Below, in pieces: positions 29,649 through 41,203 of a stretch of DNA of 64,000 bases (position 1 is the first letter of the stretch; the number at the start of each line of letters is the position of its first letter). The DNA lies in assembly GCA_016214605.1 (NCBI GenBank), contig JACROD010000023.1, positions 32,428 to 96,427 of the forward strand, in the 5' to 3' direction. Source of the stretch: Candidatus Kaiserbacteria bacterium (GTDB taxonomy: Bacteria; Patescibacteriota; Minisyncoccia; Phycocordibacterales; UBA2100). The notes below the pieces were generated by a model. It had not been told where the DNA came from and did no database searches. It saw only the letters and a list, made by a program, of their open reading frames with translations. A program made the translations under genes and the position numbers.

Positions 29649-30087
29649 AGACTCGTTTTATAATTATTGACTAAATTTTAATAATTTTTTCTAATACTGT
29701 TTAACTGAAAATACAGCTCAAAACATGACCTTTTTGATACTTGCCAGGCCGAGATTCGCATCCTACTCCCCTGCTATGTCTTGTTTGTAGCAAAAATACT
29801 GATAATGGTCAAGTGCCTGCACTTAAGACGACAAACGGAGTTTTTGTTGTGATCGGCAAGGTGCGGACGGGTGGTCGAATAGAAACAGGAGGTCAAAACC
29901 GGTACGGACTCGGTGAACCAAACTTGCCCCACTATGCCAGTTTTCTACATGAGAGCAAGCTCTATCGATCGATGTTCATTTGATACTCACGTGATACTCA
30001 CGCGAAAAGAAACATTGTAGTATAATGTCCGTACAGAAGACCTCGGTTTTTTTGTTCTTTTTATCAGTATTTACCTTCGATATTCCT

Positions 30088-30492
30088 ATGCTTAAGGGAT
30101 TTAGAGATTTTATCTTACGCGGCAATGTCGTCGACCTGGCGGTCGGCGTTATGATCGGTGCGTCGTTTGGTGCAGTGGTCACGACCCTGGTCAAAGGTAT
30201 TCTCACTCCGCTGATCTCCGCACTGTTCAGTCAGCCGGATTTTTCCAAACTCTCTTTTACGATACATGGCTCACAGATTCTGTACGGGGACTTTCTCAAT
30301 GCCACCGCATCCTTCCTTATTACTGCCACCGTGATCTATTTCATCGTCGTGACGCCCCTTAATGAGCTCATGCTTGCATTCAAAGGCCCGGTCGTCCCCG
30401 AAGATCCAACCACCAAAGAGTGCCCCGAATGCCTCAGTAAGATCCCAAAGAAAGCCAAGCGTTGCGCCTTTTGCACTGCGCAACTCACGTAA
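30088..30492 (+). CDS. mscL: Large-conductance mechanosensitive channel with C-terminal Zn ribbon
   Basis: FILRGNVVDLAVGV; CPEC...CAFC. Confidence 0.95.
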   Translation: MLKGFRDFILRGNVVDLAVGVMIGASFGAVVTTLVKGILTPLISALFSQPDFSKLSFTIHGSQILYGDFLNATASFLITATVIYFIVVTPLNELMLAFKGPVVPEDPTTKECPECLSKIPKKAKRCAFCTAQLT

Positions 30493-30599
30493 TTAAGATG
30501 CCCTTGACTTCCTATGCGAATATAGTATATTAGCCACGGTTTGAGATAGTAGTGAACTAGTAGTGAACTACTCAAACAGACCAAAAGGAGGGCCTAAAA

Positions 30600-30827
30600 A
30601 TGAAAATTGAAATTACCTCGGAAGACCAGAAGAAGTTGCAATCCTCACTGAAAGGGGCGGGAAAGACACTGATCCTTCTCTTCCATATTGCCCTGCTGGT
30701 GATTGCCTTCATACTCATCCTTGGGGGTCCGGCATTGGGAAACTGGACTTTAGCGCTTGCCGGCGTTGTTCTGGGAGCACTGACGATATTTGCCGGCGAG
30801 GTTTTGAGCGAATATGGTCTGATGTAG
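30600..30827 (+). CDS. Small membrane ORFan
   Basis: TTGACT-N16-TATATT, AGGAGG, two TM segments, terminator at about 30840-30875. Confidence 0.6.
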   Translation: MKIEITSEDQKKLQSSLKGAGKTLILLFHIALLVIAFILILGGPALGNWTLALAGVVLGALTIFAGEVLSEYGLM

Positions 30828-30935
30828 GTTTCTATTTATGGGCCGCCGGATAAGACCGGCGGCCCATCTTTTTTATGCAGTCAAAATCGGAAAACGTACC
30901 TATTTTTATATGTTACCATCACCATTACTACGCTG

Positions 30936-31829
30936 ATGAAAAATAAACTCACGTTCATCTTTGTGATCGCGATTATCATTGCTCTCTGGGCGGTTCTTTT
31001 CATACTCTCGCAGGGTGTTGATGTCTCCGTCTTGAATCCGAAAGGTTGGGTCGCGCTCCAGGAGAAAAATCTCATCATCACGGCAGTTCTCCTGATGTCT
31101 ATCGTGGTCGTGCCGGTGTACATCCTCACCTTCTTGATCGCTTGGAAATACCGCGCCAGCAACGCTTCCGCTGTATATGATCCCGACCATGACCATGATC
31201 TGCGCGTAGAGATCTTTTGGTGGGCCGTCCCGATCACGATCATTCTTATTCTCGGTACCATAACCTGGAAGACCACGCACGAGCTCGATCCTTTCAGACA
31301 TTTGGATTCCAATGCACGGCCGCTCACGGTCTATGTCGTCGCGCTCAATTGGAAATGGTTGTTCATTTATCCTGAGCAAGGGATCGCCACGGTGAATTTC
31401 GTCGAATTCCCCGAAAATAGGCCGATCGACTTTTGGATCACCGCCGATACGCCGATGAACTCCTTTTGGATACCGAGCTTGGGCAGCCAGATCTACGCGA
31501 TGGCTGGTATGACGACACAACTGCATCTGATCGCCGATCAAGTCGGCACATTCAACGGCCTTTCGGCGAATTTTAGCGGAGAGGGATTTTCGGGGATGAA
31601 ATTCGTCGCGCAATCAGTCTCGCAAAGCGATTTTGACCAATGGGTGCATTCGGTCCAGGAGCTTCCTACCATACTCGACGCGGACGAATACGTCCGATTG
31701 GCCGCACCTAGCTCAAACGTGCCCACGATGTATTTCGGTTCCGCCGATATGGGGCTGTATAATACAGTAGTCTTGAAATACATGACGCCCAACGTCTCGA
31801 TCCCCGCGATGGATCACGACGCGCATTAA
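30936..31829 (+). CDS. cyoA: Cytochrome bo3 ubiquinol oxidase subunit II
   Basis: [31 protein letters not shown]; no CuA Cys motif. Confidence 0.93.
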   Translation: MKNKLTFIFVIAIIIALWAVLFILSQGVDVSVLNPKGWVALQEKNLIITAVLLMSIVVVPVYILTFLIAWKYRASNASAVYDPDHDHDLRVEIFWWAVPITIILILGTITWKTTHELDPFRHLDSNARPLTVYVVALNWKWLFIYPEQGIATVNFVEFPENRPIDFWITADTPMNSFWIPSLGSQIYAMAGMTTQLHLIADQVGTFNGLSANFSGEGFSGMKFVAQSVSQSDFDQWVHSVQELPTILDADEYVRLAAPSSNVPTMYFGSADMGLYNTVVLKYMTPNVSIPAMDHDAH

Positions 31830-31837
31830 GATCAATT

Positions 31838-33814
31838 ATGTTCGGCAAACTCACACTCGATGCATTTCCGCAAAATCCGATCGTCATGTCGGCGTTAATC
31901 TTCATGATCGTGATCGGTGTCGCCATAGCGGGTGCCTTGTTCTATTTCAAGCGTTGGCGATGGTTCTGGGATGAATGGCTCACCTCGCTCGACGCCAAGC
32001 GTATCGGCGTGATGTATATCGCCGTCGGTTTCGTCATGCTGCTGCGCGGTGCCATAGACGCCGCGATGATGCGCGGGCAGCAGGCGATATCGGTCGGCGA
32101 TTCGTATGGTTATCTCACCCCCGACCACTTCGATCAGGTTTTCACCGCGCACGGCGTGATCATGATCTTCTTCGTCGCCATGCCGTTGATGTTTGGTCTC
32201 TTCAATCTCGTGGTGCCGCTTCAGATCGGCGCGCGCGATGTGGCATTTCCCTTCCTCAATTCAGTCAGCTTCTGGCTTTTTGCCGCCGGAGCGATACTCA
32301 TCAATATCTCGCTCGTCTACGGCGAATTCGCCAAGATCGGCTGGCTCGGCTACCCTCCGCTCTCTGAGCTCCAATACAGTCCCGGGGTCGGTGTCGATTA
32401 TTATATATGGCTGCTGCAGATCGCAGGCTTAGGCAGCCTCTTTGGCGCGATCAATTTTTTCGTGACGATCATCAAGATGCGCGCGCCAGGGATGACCTTG
32501 ATGCGCATGCCGATGTTTGAATGGACAACGCTCGCGAGTGTGGTGCTTATGATCGTTATATTCCCCATACTCACCGCGACCTTGGCGATGCTCTCCCTCG
32601 ATCGCTTGCTCGGGATGCATTTCTTTACTTCCGACTCCGGCGGCAACGCGATGATGTACGTCAATCTTATTTGGGCGTGGGGGCATCCGGAAGTATACGT
32701 GCTGATCTTGCCAGCCTTCGGCGCATTCTCGGAGATCGTACCGACCTTTGCGCGCAAGCCACTCTTTGGATATGCATCAATGGTCGCTGCATCAATCGTC
32801 ATTTGTTTTTTCTCGTTCATCGTATGGCTCCACCACTTCTTCACGATGGGTGCGGGAGCAAACGTAAACGCATTCTTTGGTATCGCGACGATGGTCATCG
32901 CCATCCCGACCGGTGTCAAAGTCTTCAACTGGCTCGCCACGATGTATCGCGGGCGCATCACTTTTACTTCGCCGATGTATTGGTTCCTCGGTTTTGTCGC
33001 AACCTTCACCCTCGGTGGCATGACCGGTGTGATGCTCGCAGTGCCGGGGATTGACTTCCAGGTCCACAACAGCCTCTTCTTGGTCGCGCACTTCCATAAT
33101 ATGGTGATCGGCGGTGTCGTGTTTGGTTATCTCGCGGCACTTTCTTTCTGGTTCCCCAAGATATTTGGTTTCCGGCTCAACGAAAAGTGGGGCATACGCG
33201 CCTTTTGGTGCTGGATCGTTGGATTCTTCGTGGCATTTATGCCGCTCTACGTACTCGGCTTCATGGGTGCGACGCGCCGCCTTGATCACTACGACGCTTC
33301 GACGGGTTGGCAGCCGCTTTTTATCGTGGCGGGCATCGGCGTCGCGATCATTGCGCTCGGTATCGTGTGTCAGGCGATACAGCTGATCGTGAGTATCAAG
33401 GAACGCAAACAAAATGCAGACACGACCGGCGATGCTTGGAATGATGGGCGCACGCTCGAATGGTCCACCTCCTCGCCGGCACCATTCTATAACTATGCCG
33501 TCATTCCGACCGTGCACGGACGCGATGCCTTTTGGGCGATGAAGCAGTCCGGCAACATTGGGCAAGCCAGGCTTGCCCAAGAGTACACAGACATTGAACT
33601 GCCGCGCAATACTCCTATGGGAGTGTATATCGGCGCATTCGCGCTCGTATTCGGATTCTCTCTCGTGTGGCACATCTGGTGGCTCGCCCTCATCGGAGCC
33701 CTGGGGATCGTCGCGTGCATTATCGCGCGCTCGTTTGATGAGCACACCGAATACATCCTCCCGGCCGCAGAGGTCGCTCGCATGGAAGCCGCTCGCGGCG
33801 CACAAACGATATGA
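31838..33814 (+). CDS. cyoB: Cytochrome bo3 ubiquinol oxidase subunit I
   Basis: GHPEVY, WLHH, AHFH; quinol-site R/D (LRGAIDA). Confidence 0.96.
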   Translation: MFGKLTLDAFPQNPIVMSALIFMIVIGVAIAGALFYFKRWRWFWDEWLTSLDAKRIGVMYIAVGFVMLLRGAIDAAMMRGQQAISVGDSYGYLTPDHFDQVFTAHGVIMIFFVAMPLMFGLFNLVVPLQIGARDVAFPFLNSVSFWLFAAGAILINISLVYGEFAKIGWLGYPPLSELQYSPGVGVDYYIWLLQIAGLGSLFGAINFFVTIIKMRAPGMTLMRMPMFEWTTLASVVLMIVIFPILTATLAMLSLDRLLGMHFFTSDSGGNAMMYVNLIWAWGHPEVYVLILPAFGAFSEIVPTFARKPLFGYASMVAASIVICFFSFIVWLHHFFTMGAGANVNAFFGIATMVIAIPTGVKVFNWLATMYRGRITFTSPMYWFLGFVATFTLGGMTGVMLAVPGIDFQVHNSLFLVAHFHNMVIGGVVFGYLAALSFWFPKIFGFRLNEKWGIRAFWCWIVGFFVAFMPLYVLGFMGATRRLDHYDASTGWQPLFIVAGIGVAIIALGIVCQAIQLIVSIKERKQNADTTGDAWNDGRTLEWSTSSPAPFYNYAVIPTVHGRDAFWAMKQSGNIGQARLAQEYTDIELPRNTPMGVYIGAFALVFGFSLVWHIWWLALIGALGIVACIIARSFDEHTEYILPAAEVARMEAARGAQTI

Positions 33815-34383
33815 CGCAGGACCTTTCTGAAAATAAGACAGTGTTCGGATTTTGGATCTATATCCTGAGCGATTGTTTTCTTTTTGCGACGCTTTTTGCC
33901 ACGTATGCGGTCTTGCACGGAAGCACATTTGGAGGGCCGGGAGCGGATACGCTCTTTAGTTTGCCGTTTGTCCTTGCCGAGACTCTCATCCTGCTCACCA
34001 GCAGCTTCACCGCAGGCCTCGCCATGCTTGCCGGGCATCAGGGCAAGCGCATACATGTGCTCGTATGGATTGGTATTACACTTCTCCTTGGACTCACCTT
34101 CGTTGGATTGGAGCTCAGGGAATTTGCCGCATTCATCGCTGAGGGCAATAGCTGGACCCGTAGCGGATTCTTGTCGGGATTCTTCACATTAGTGGGCACG
34201 CATGGCGCACACGTGGCCGCCGGATCGCTCTGGATGATCGTACTCATGGTCCAGATCACAAAGAAAGGCCTCACGGACACTCTGATGAACCGACTCATGC
34301 GCTGGAACCTTTTCTGGCATTTCCTGGATGTTGTGTGGATCTTTATCTTTACGTTCGTCTACCTTTTGGGCATAGCCCTCTAA
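33811..34383 (+). CDS. cyoC: Cytochrome bo3 oxidase subunit III
   Basis: [22 protein letters not shown]. Confidence 0.94.
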   Translation: MTQDLSENKTVFGFWIYILSDCFLFATLFATYAVLHGSTFGGPGADTLFSLPFVLAETLILLTSSFTAGLAMLAGHQGKRIHVLVWIGITLLLGLTFVGLELREFAAFIAEGNSWTRSGFLSGFFTLVGTHGAHVAAGSLWMIVLMVQITKKGLTDTLMNRLMRWNLFWHFLDVVWIFIFTFVYLLGIAL

Positions 34384-34387
34384 CACT

Positions 34388-34786
34388 ATGGAAGACTCTA
34401 CGCATCACATGATCGATCATTCCCACTCATCTCGGCACGGTTCGCTCGTCTCATACATCATCGGCTTTGTGATCTCGATCGTCCTCACGCTTGCTGCATA
34501 TTTCATCGTGCAGCAGCATGTCTCTTCGCTCCACGAGACCTTCAGTCATTCATTTATCACCTTTGCCGTGGTCGGCTTCGCACTGCTGCAGCTTCTGGTC
34601 CAGCTCATTTTCTTTTTGCACCTGGGCCGCGACGCCAAACCCCATTGGAATCTTATCGTCTTTGTGTACGCATTTCTCCTGCTCCTTATCATCGTCGTAG
34701 GCTCTCTCTGGGTCATGCATCACCTCAACTACAACATGATGCTCATGCCGCCAGCGGAGGTCGATGCCTACATGCTTGATAAATAG
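34388..34786 (+). CDS. cyoD: Cytochrome bo3 oxidase subunit IV
   Basis: YIIGFVISIVLT, FFLHL, GSLWVM. Confidence 0.92.
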   Translation: MEDSTHHMIDHSHSSRHGSLVSYIIGFVISIVLTLAAYFIVQQHVSSLHETFSHSFITFAVVGFALLQLLVQLIFFLHLGRDAKPHWNLIVFVYAFLLLLIIVVGSLWVMHHLNYNMMLMPPAEVDAYMLDK

Positions 34787-34886
34787 CTCACGGTGAGCAA
34801 GCCAGGCTTGCTCAAATGGCAGGGAACGATGCCCTGCCATTTTTCATTTTTGTAAAAATATGTAACGTATGGTATGATGATTTATC

Positions 34887-35129
34887 ATGAAAAGGAAATC
34901 AAAAACAGTTACGACCTATACGGCAGTTGTTGAGAAGGACGAAAAGTCGGGCTATTGGGCGTATGTGCCCGCACTCCCTGGATGCTATACGCAGGGAGAG
35001 ACGCTTGATGCGATATACAAAAATCTGCAAGAAGCGACCGTGTTGTATCTAGCGGCACTGAAAGACGATAAAAAACCAGTGCCGCACTCGCATTTTTTGA
35101 GCACAGTGCAAGTGCAAGTTCCTGTTTGA
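34887..35129 (+). CDS. hicB: HicB-like antitoxin
   Basis: VPALPGCYTQGET. Confidence 0.88.
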   Translation: MKRKSKTVTTYTAVVEKDEKSGYWAYVPALPGCYTQGETLDAIYKNLQEATVLYLAALKDDKKPVPHSHFLSTVQVQVPV

Positions 35130-35138
35130 GATTTCGAT

Positions 35139-35354
35139 ATGGCGAAAATTCCTCGCGGCAGAGAGATGGTGCGAAAACTGTTGCGAATCGGTTTCGTATT
35201 GAATCGTCAGCATGGAAGCCATTGCGTAATGAAAAATGCAACGGGAGAGACTATTGTAGTGCCCGTGCATGCCGGCAGAGAATTAAAGATTGGCCTCTTT
35301 CGAAGTATTTTCTCGCAAATCGGCGTGTCCGAAGAAGAATTCTGGGAGATATGA
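35139..35354 (+). CDS. hicA: HicA-like toxin
   Basis: GF..RQHGSH and VVPVH. Confidence 0.88.
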   Translation: MAKIPRGREMVRKLLRIGFVLNRQHGSHCVMKNATGETIVVPVHAGRELKIGLFRSIFSQIGVSEEEFWEI

Positions 35355-36211
35355 TCAAGCGATACATCTCGCTCACCAAGCCCGGGATCATCATGGGCAA
35401 TGCGATCACGGCCTCGGGAGGATTTTTCCTCGCTTCGCGAGGGGCTTTTGATCCGGTGCTTTATCTCGCGATGCTCGCCGGGCTCTCACTCATCATCGCC
35501 TCTGGCTGTGTGATCAACAATTACTTCGATCGCGACATCGACGGCCTCATGGAACGCACCAAAAACCGCGCGCTCGTAAGTGGTGCAATGGTGCCCATTG
35601 CACCATGGAAGGCCATTTTTTTTGCGGCAGCACTCGGGGTCTTGGGGGTATGGATACTCTATCGATATACGAATCTCCTCACACTCGAGGTCGCGCTCTT
35701 TGGCGCTTTCGTATATATCGTGCTCTATACGCTCTGGTCTAAGCGCCGATCGACCAAAAGCACCTTCATAGGAAGCCTTTCGGGCGCGGTGCCACCGGTC
35801 ATCGGCTACTGTGCCGTGACCAATACGATCGATGCTGCGGCGATCCTCCTCTTTCTCATCCTTGTGCTCTGGCAAATGCCGCATTTCTTCGCGATCGCGC
35901 TGTATCGCATCGAGGATTACACGGCCGCCGCGATCCCGGTCTTGCCGGTCAAGAAAGGGATCTTGGCAACCAAGATCCAGATGATCCTCTATATCAACGC
36001 TTTTATCGTCGCGACACTCGCGTTGACCGCACTGGACTACACGGGATATTTCTACGCGCTTGTCATGGCGGTACTCGGAATCGTGTGGCTCGTCCTCGCG
36101 ATCATGGGATTCAAGGCGCCGGACACCAAAAAATGGGCACGGAGGATGTTTATCCTCTCACTGGTGGTCATTGTGACGTTTCCTGTCATGCTCGCAATTG
36201 ACGTACGGTAA
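35351..36211 (+). CDS. cyoE: Protoheme IX farnesyltransferase (heme O synthase)
   Basis: LTKPGI, DRDIDGLMERTKNR, WQMPHF. Confidence 0.95.
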   Translation: MIKRYISLTKPGIIMGNAITASGGFFLASRGAFDPVLYLAMLAGLSLIIASGCVINNYFDRDIDGLMERTKNRALVSGAMVPIAPWKAIFFAAALGVLGVWILYRYTNLLTLEVALFGAFVYIVLYTLWSKRRSTKSTFIGSLSGAVPPVIGYCAVTNTIDAAAILLFLILVLWQMPHFFAIALYRIEDYTAAAIPVLPVKKGILATKIQMILYINAFIVATLALTALDYTGYFYALVMAVLGIVWLVLAIMGFKAPDTKKWARRMFILSLVVIVTFPVMLAIDVR

Positions 36212-36212
36212 A

Positions 36213-39028
36213 TACTACAACAGTAGAAATTCCCTATAACGATTTGGCAACCGCTGTTGGAACGCCTTTATTACATCTACAACAGTAGAAATTCCCTATA
36301 ACGATTTGGCACGTCGGGCTTTTGGCATACGTTTAATCTACAACAGTAGAAATTCCCTATAACGATTTGGCGTACTTCGGGCACAGCCAACACCGGATCT
36401 ACAACAGTAGAAATTCCCTATAACGATTTGGCTTTTGTGACCTGATCGCTAGTAACTCATCTACAACAGTAGAAATTCCCTATAACGATTTGGCCCTACT
36501 CGCTCAACATCACACACGGCATCTACAACAGTAGAAATTCCCTATAACGATTTGGCGCAAAGCAATGGCATTGTGGACATTATCTACAACAGTAGAAATT
36601 CCCTATAACGATTTGGCCTGACATCAGGTTGGGTTTGGGGTTACATCTACAACAGTAGAAATTCCCTATAACGATTTGGCCGAATACATGGGTGGGGTGA
36701 ATCGAGAATCTACAACAGTAGAAATTCCCTATAACGATTTGGCGAATCCGACGTATACGATCGGCGTATTATCTACAACAGTAGAAATTCCCTATAACGA
36801 TTTGGCAAAACAATTTTGCCATGCAGAATAGATCTACAACAGTAGAAATTCCCTATAACGATTTGGCGGTGGAGGCAATGATTAGCGGGTTCTATCTACA
36901 ACAGTAGAAATTCCCTATAACGATTTGGCGTCATGCACAACCCACATCTCTTTGATCTACAACAGTAGAAATTCCCTATAACGATTTGGCGAATTATCAG
37001 TACGATGAGGTAGCAATCTACAACAGTAGAAATTCCCTATAACGATTTGGCGCGCTCGCCTTCGATAACAATTATATCTACAACAGTAGAAATTCCCTAT
37101 AACGATTTGGCCGTGAAACACCCCGAGCGTCGTGTATATCTACAACAGTAGAAATTCCCTATAACGATTTGGCGATAACGGGCGTATACTTGGAGTACCA
37201 TCTACAACAGTAGAAATTCCCTATAACGATTTGGCGAAAGAAGCCGCGAACAAAACAAAATATCTACAACAGTAGAAATTCCCTATAACGATTTGGCCCG
37301 CAGGGGTAATAAACACGTCTTTATCTACAACAGTAGAAATTCCCTATAACGATTTGGCGTCCGGAGCACCAGACCTTCTCTCCATCTACAACAGTAGAAA
37401 TTCCCTATAACGATTTGGCAGTGCCCGGAGCGGAGGTTTATGAGATCTACAACAGTAGAAATTCCCTATAACGATTTGGCACGTGTGCACGTTGCTACTA
37501 CTATCAAATCTACAACAGTAGAAATTCCCTATAACGATTTGGCATGGTGGCGGGGGTAAACTCGTTATAATCTACAACAGTAGAAATTCCCTATAACGAT
37601 TTGGCGGTTCTCGAAGTCGTTGAACCATATATCTACAACAGTAGAAATTCCCTATAACGATTTGGCGCCAACGACGCAACGAAAGCCGCCTAATCTACAA
37701 CAGTAGAAATTCCCTATAACGATTTGGCGTGATTTCAACATCACCCAGGAGGACATCTACAACAGTAGAAATTCCCTATAACGATTTGGCAAAAGCCGAA
37801 GAAACGGCGTTTCAAACATCTACAACAGTAGAAATTCCCTATAACGATTTGGCGAATCCAGCGAAGGAGTAATAAAAAAATCTACAACAGTAGAAATTCC
37901 CTATAACGATTTGGCGTGAGCGTGGTATGTGTGAGGGCCAAATCTACAACAGTAGAAATTCCCTATAACGATTTGGCAGTGAACGTGCGCACCTCCCAGT
38001 CCTATCTACAACAGTAGAAATTCCCTATAACGATTTGGCCCCGAATTGGTAGCAAAATATAATATATCTACAACAGTAGAAATTCCCTATAACGATTTGG
38101 CCAATCAATCTTGATCCGCAGATTATTTATCTACAACAGTAGAAATTCCCTATAACGATTTGGCATCACAGCTTAATATGCAACCTACAATCTACAACAG
38201 TAGAAATTCCCTATAACGATTTGGCAGGTGTACGCACGCGAGGAGGCACAAGATCTACAACAGTAGAAATTCCCTATAACGATTTGGCACGGGTCGTGAG
38301 GGACGAGGATACCTATCTACAACAGTAGAAATTCCCTATAACGATTTGGCACCGATATTCTATAACGATTAGTGAAATCTACAACAGTAGAAATTCCCTA
38401 TAACGATTTGGCCAACGAAAGCGCGACGAAGCAGCGCGATCTACAACAGTAGAAATTCCCTATAACGATTTGGCACCCCGAAATCGTCGCGCAATATCAG
38501 ATCTACAACAGTAGAAATTCCCTATAACGATTTGGCTCGATCTCGATATTGAGATGGTAGCATCTACAACAGTAGAAATTCCCTATAACGATTTGGCTTT
38601 TTGTGAATGCTGATTATTTTCAATCTACAACAGTAGAAATTCCCTATAACGATTTGGCTATTGCATTCTCATCAAGTGCCTCCAATCTACAACAGTAGAA
38701 ATTCCCTATAACGATTTGGCTTAAAGGCTCTGATATTCAGGGCATATCTACAACAGTAGAAATTCCCTATAACGATTTGGCAGGGTCAAGACCACGTATC
38801 TCTCTTTATCTACAACAGTAGAAATTCCCTATAACGATTTGGCTCGTGCTAAGAGGAAAAATAAAATATATCTACAACAGTAGAAATTCCCTATAACGAT
38901 TTGGCCGATCGTGTAGCGTGATCGGTTTTTGATCTACAACAGTAGAAATTCCCTATAACGATTTGGCCAGCGCTAAATAGACATCTATATGGATCTACAA
39001 CAGTAGAAATTCCCTATAACGATTTGGC
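36213..39028 (-). CRISPR. Type V-A CRISPR array, 46 repeats of 36 nt and 45 spacers of about 24-27 nt
   Basis: Minus-strand repeat GCCAAATCGTTATAGGGAATTTCTACTGTTGTAGAT has the canonical Cas12a 3' handle; degenerate terminal repeat at 36213. Confidence 0.98.
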
Positions 39029-39223
39029 TGCGGGGATGGCTTGGTTGAGCCGCAGGATACAAATGAGGCACGAAGGCACTCACGACCTGGTTGGCTCAAC
39101 GAAGCCATTGTAAGGCCTCATCAAAAAATAAAGACTCCGGTTTTCACCGATCCCCGCAAGCGAAATCGAATCGTTACAATACAACTTCCACTCTTGTTGT
39201 TATGAAATTTTCAAAGGTCAGAG
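39029..39223 (-). promoter_or_regulatory. CRISPR leader
   Basis: Non-coding region between cas2 and the first intact repeat. Confidence 0.75.
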
Positions 39224-39505
39224 TTAGTCGAAAACAACCACTTCTTTATCGTCGTTTTCTGCATAGCCGTACCGAACAATTTTCTTGCGGCACTGCTCGC
39301 AAAGAGGCACGATCATGACGCTATCCGCGCCCGTGAACTGCTTCTTATAATGCAATTCTATCTCCTTTTTAATGTTGCGCAAGATGCGATCACTATTACG
39401 TATCTCGTACACCGAGAATTGCAATTTGCGCCCAAACTTGCACAAAAACTTGGAAAATTTAGTCCGTACCTTATCGTTGGAGATGTCGTAAGATGTAACG
39501 AGCAT
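39224..39505 (-). CDS. cas2: Cas2
   Basis: SYDISNDKVR and LQFSVYE. Confidence 0.95.
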   Translation of the reverse strand: MLVTSYDISNDKVRTKFSKFLCKFGRKLQFSVYEIRNSDRILRNIKKEIELHYKKQFTGADSVMIVPLCEQCRKKIVRYGYAENDDKEVVVFD

Positions 39506-39510
39506 AATGT

Positions 39511-40467
39511 CTATATGTTAAATACGGGAAATTCCACTTCACCTTCGTTCATGACGTACCTATAATACCCATGTACGTATTTATACAAATCCTCCTTATG
39601 ACACATAATTGTTTCCATAAAGATCTCGGCATATTTACGACTCGCCTCGTATGAGAGTGTGTATCGTCCCTTCACCACTGTAAAATCCTTCGGGTCTATC
39701 TGCTTTAGATTCCACGCTTTGAGGAGTTGCTTGTCGATGATGCAGCGGAATGGCTCCATAATGTCACAGGCAAGCGACTTGCGCTGGAAGAAAAGCTTGT
39801 GATAAAAACCCTTATAGGTATCGAATCCATGTAGGCGGAGCAATGAATCGGTGCAATTGAATAGCATCGAATATCCGATGTCTAGCATAATATTGTGTAT
39901 GTCCCCCTTGGTGCGTGGGGCTCGTCGCACCCAACCTGTTTCGCCGTAATATTCTTCAAAAAACCTCCGCGAAGCATTACCCTCAAGTCCACGCAGAGTC
40001 TCATCACTACCCGCGCCCTGTATGGCGAGCAGTGTAGTATCCAGATCAGCTACCATACCATCTTTTTTCTTTCGTTCTTTGAGAAGTTTTGCTTGATTGG
40101 AAACTTTGTTTGCCATGAGCAATCGTGCCATGCTCATTTCCACATCCTCATTCCACGCATACTGGCGACTACGCAAGAGATAGTGCCCCTCTGCCACCGC
40201 ACCAAAGCTGGCATATGTCTCCAGATTGTCCTTGAGAAAGAAGAATGACACGCCGTGTTTGACCCCGTCACGCATGAGGCCGCTCGTGATGGTAATGTCC
40301 CCTATCACAAACGCGCCAAAGACCTTGTGACACGATGCCCTATTGATCACCTTGTCGTCCTTCATAAAGACCAAATTGTCATTAAAGAATTTGATCTTGT
40401 TGAAAACGCCACGCTCGGCCCGTATGAAGAGAAGTTGTTTTTCTTTGAAGTCAGGTAGTGAAATCAT
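39511..40467 (-). CDS. cas1: Cas1 (type V-A)
   Basis: RGLEG, GFDTYKGFYH, SLACDIMEPFR. Confidence 0.95.
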   Translation of the reverse strand: MISLPDFKEKQLLFIRAERGVFNKIKFFNDNLVFMKDDKVINRASCHKVFGAFVIGDITITSGLMRDGVKHGVSFFFLKDNLETYASFGAVAEGHYLLRSRQYAWNEDVEMSMARLLMANKVSNQAKLLKERKKKDGMVADLDTTLLAIQGAGSDETLRGLEGNASRRFFEEYYGETGWVRRAPRTKGDIHNIMLDIGYSMLFNCTDSLLRLHGFDTYKGFYHKLFFQRKSLACDIMEPFRCIIDKQLLKAWNLKQIDPKDFTVVKGRYTLSYEASRKYAEIFMETIMCHKEDLYKYVHGYYRYVMNEGEVEFPVFNI

Positions 40468-40474
40468 ATGCGTA

Positions 40475-41014
40475 TTACCATGCTAGTGCTCCATAAATGC
40501 TTTCTTCGCAGCGTATACAGGAGTGTCCGTGGACGGCAGACATGTCGAAAGCGCGCATGTCTGCGAGCACTTGCTCAAAACGTGTTTTTTCAGCTTCGCC
40601 AGGGATGGGTATTTCATAGCGCTTGTTATCTTCGAGTGAGTGGAGAAATAGCTTGTCTATCTCGTATCCCATTTCGATCATGCAGTAGTATTGGGCGTAG
40701 AGCTGGTATCGGTAGCCGTCTCGGATCTCCTTGATGCGCGTTTTGCGTTCGATGAGGTGCTTTTTGTCGGCGTCGTATAGGTCAATCCGACCTGCCACCG
40801 CAAGCCTTTCGGAGTAGACTTCCATTCCCCCGATAAACCGACGTGCAGTGGAGTAGGTGTCGTCGTCGAGATGTGCATGGTTGGCCCGGCCGACGATCTG
40901 GGGCGTTTGATGGTAGGTCTTGGTGTTGAATCCTTCATAGAGATTATGGAGATAGATGGAGACCGGACAATACAAAAAGTCGTTGATATTGGAGATTTTG
41001 ATGTACGGTTCCAT
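40475..41014 (-). CDS. cas4: Cas4 (type V-A)
   Basis: ISNINDFLYCP, GRID, ERK, QLYAQ, CIRC. Confidence 0.93.
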   Translation of the reverse strand: MEPYIKISNINDFLYCPVSIYLHNLYEGFNTKTYHQTPQIVGRANHAHLDDDTYSTARRFIGGMEVYSERLAVAGRIDLYDADKKHLIERKTRIKEIRDGYRYQLYAQYYCMIEMGYEIDKLFLHSLEDNKRYEIPIPGEAEKTRFEQVLADMRAFDMSAVHGHSCIRCEESIYGALAW

Positions 41015-41203
41015 GGCTTGATAACAAAATAGCGACCCGCTAGGATCGCCACCTTGTTATCATGTGGTTGATCTTACGTCAAGTGTGTTGTATTTATGAT
41101 TAGGCCCTTTGTATCTCTTTTGTGGTTTCCTACTGTATGGACGATGCTGATTGTAAGCCACGATAAGCTATCCCAGTCTCTTGTAGAGACTCTAAAGGCC
41201 TAA

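Noticed and set aside
29649-30087. Possible ncRNA in the long intergenic region before mscL
   Set aside because: Only a short ggcaag/cttgcc pairing was seen; no tRNA, tmRNA, SRP or RNase P signature could be recognised by eye.
38351-38376. Spacer containing ctataacgatt, identical to 11 nt of the repeat
   Set aside because: Single short match with normal spacer length; cannot be separated from chance or a local assembly artefact.
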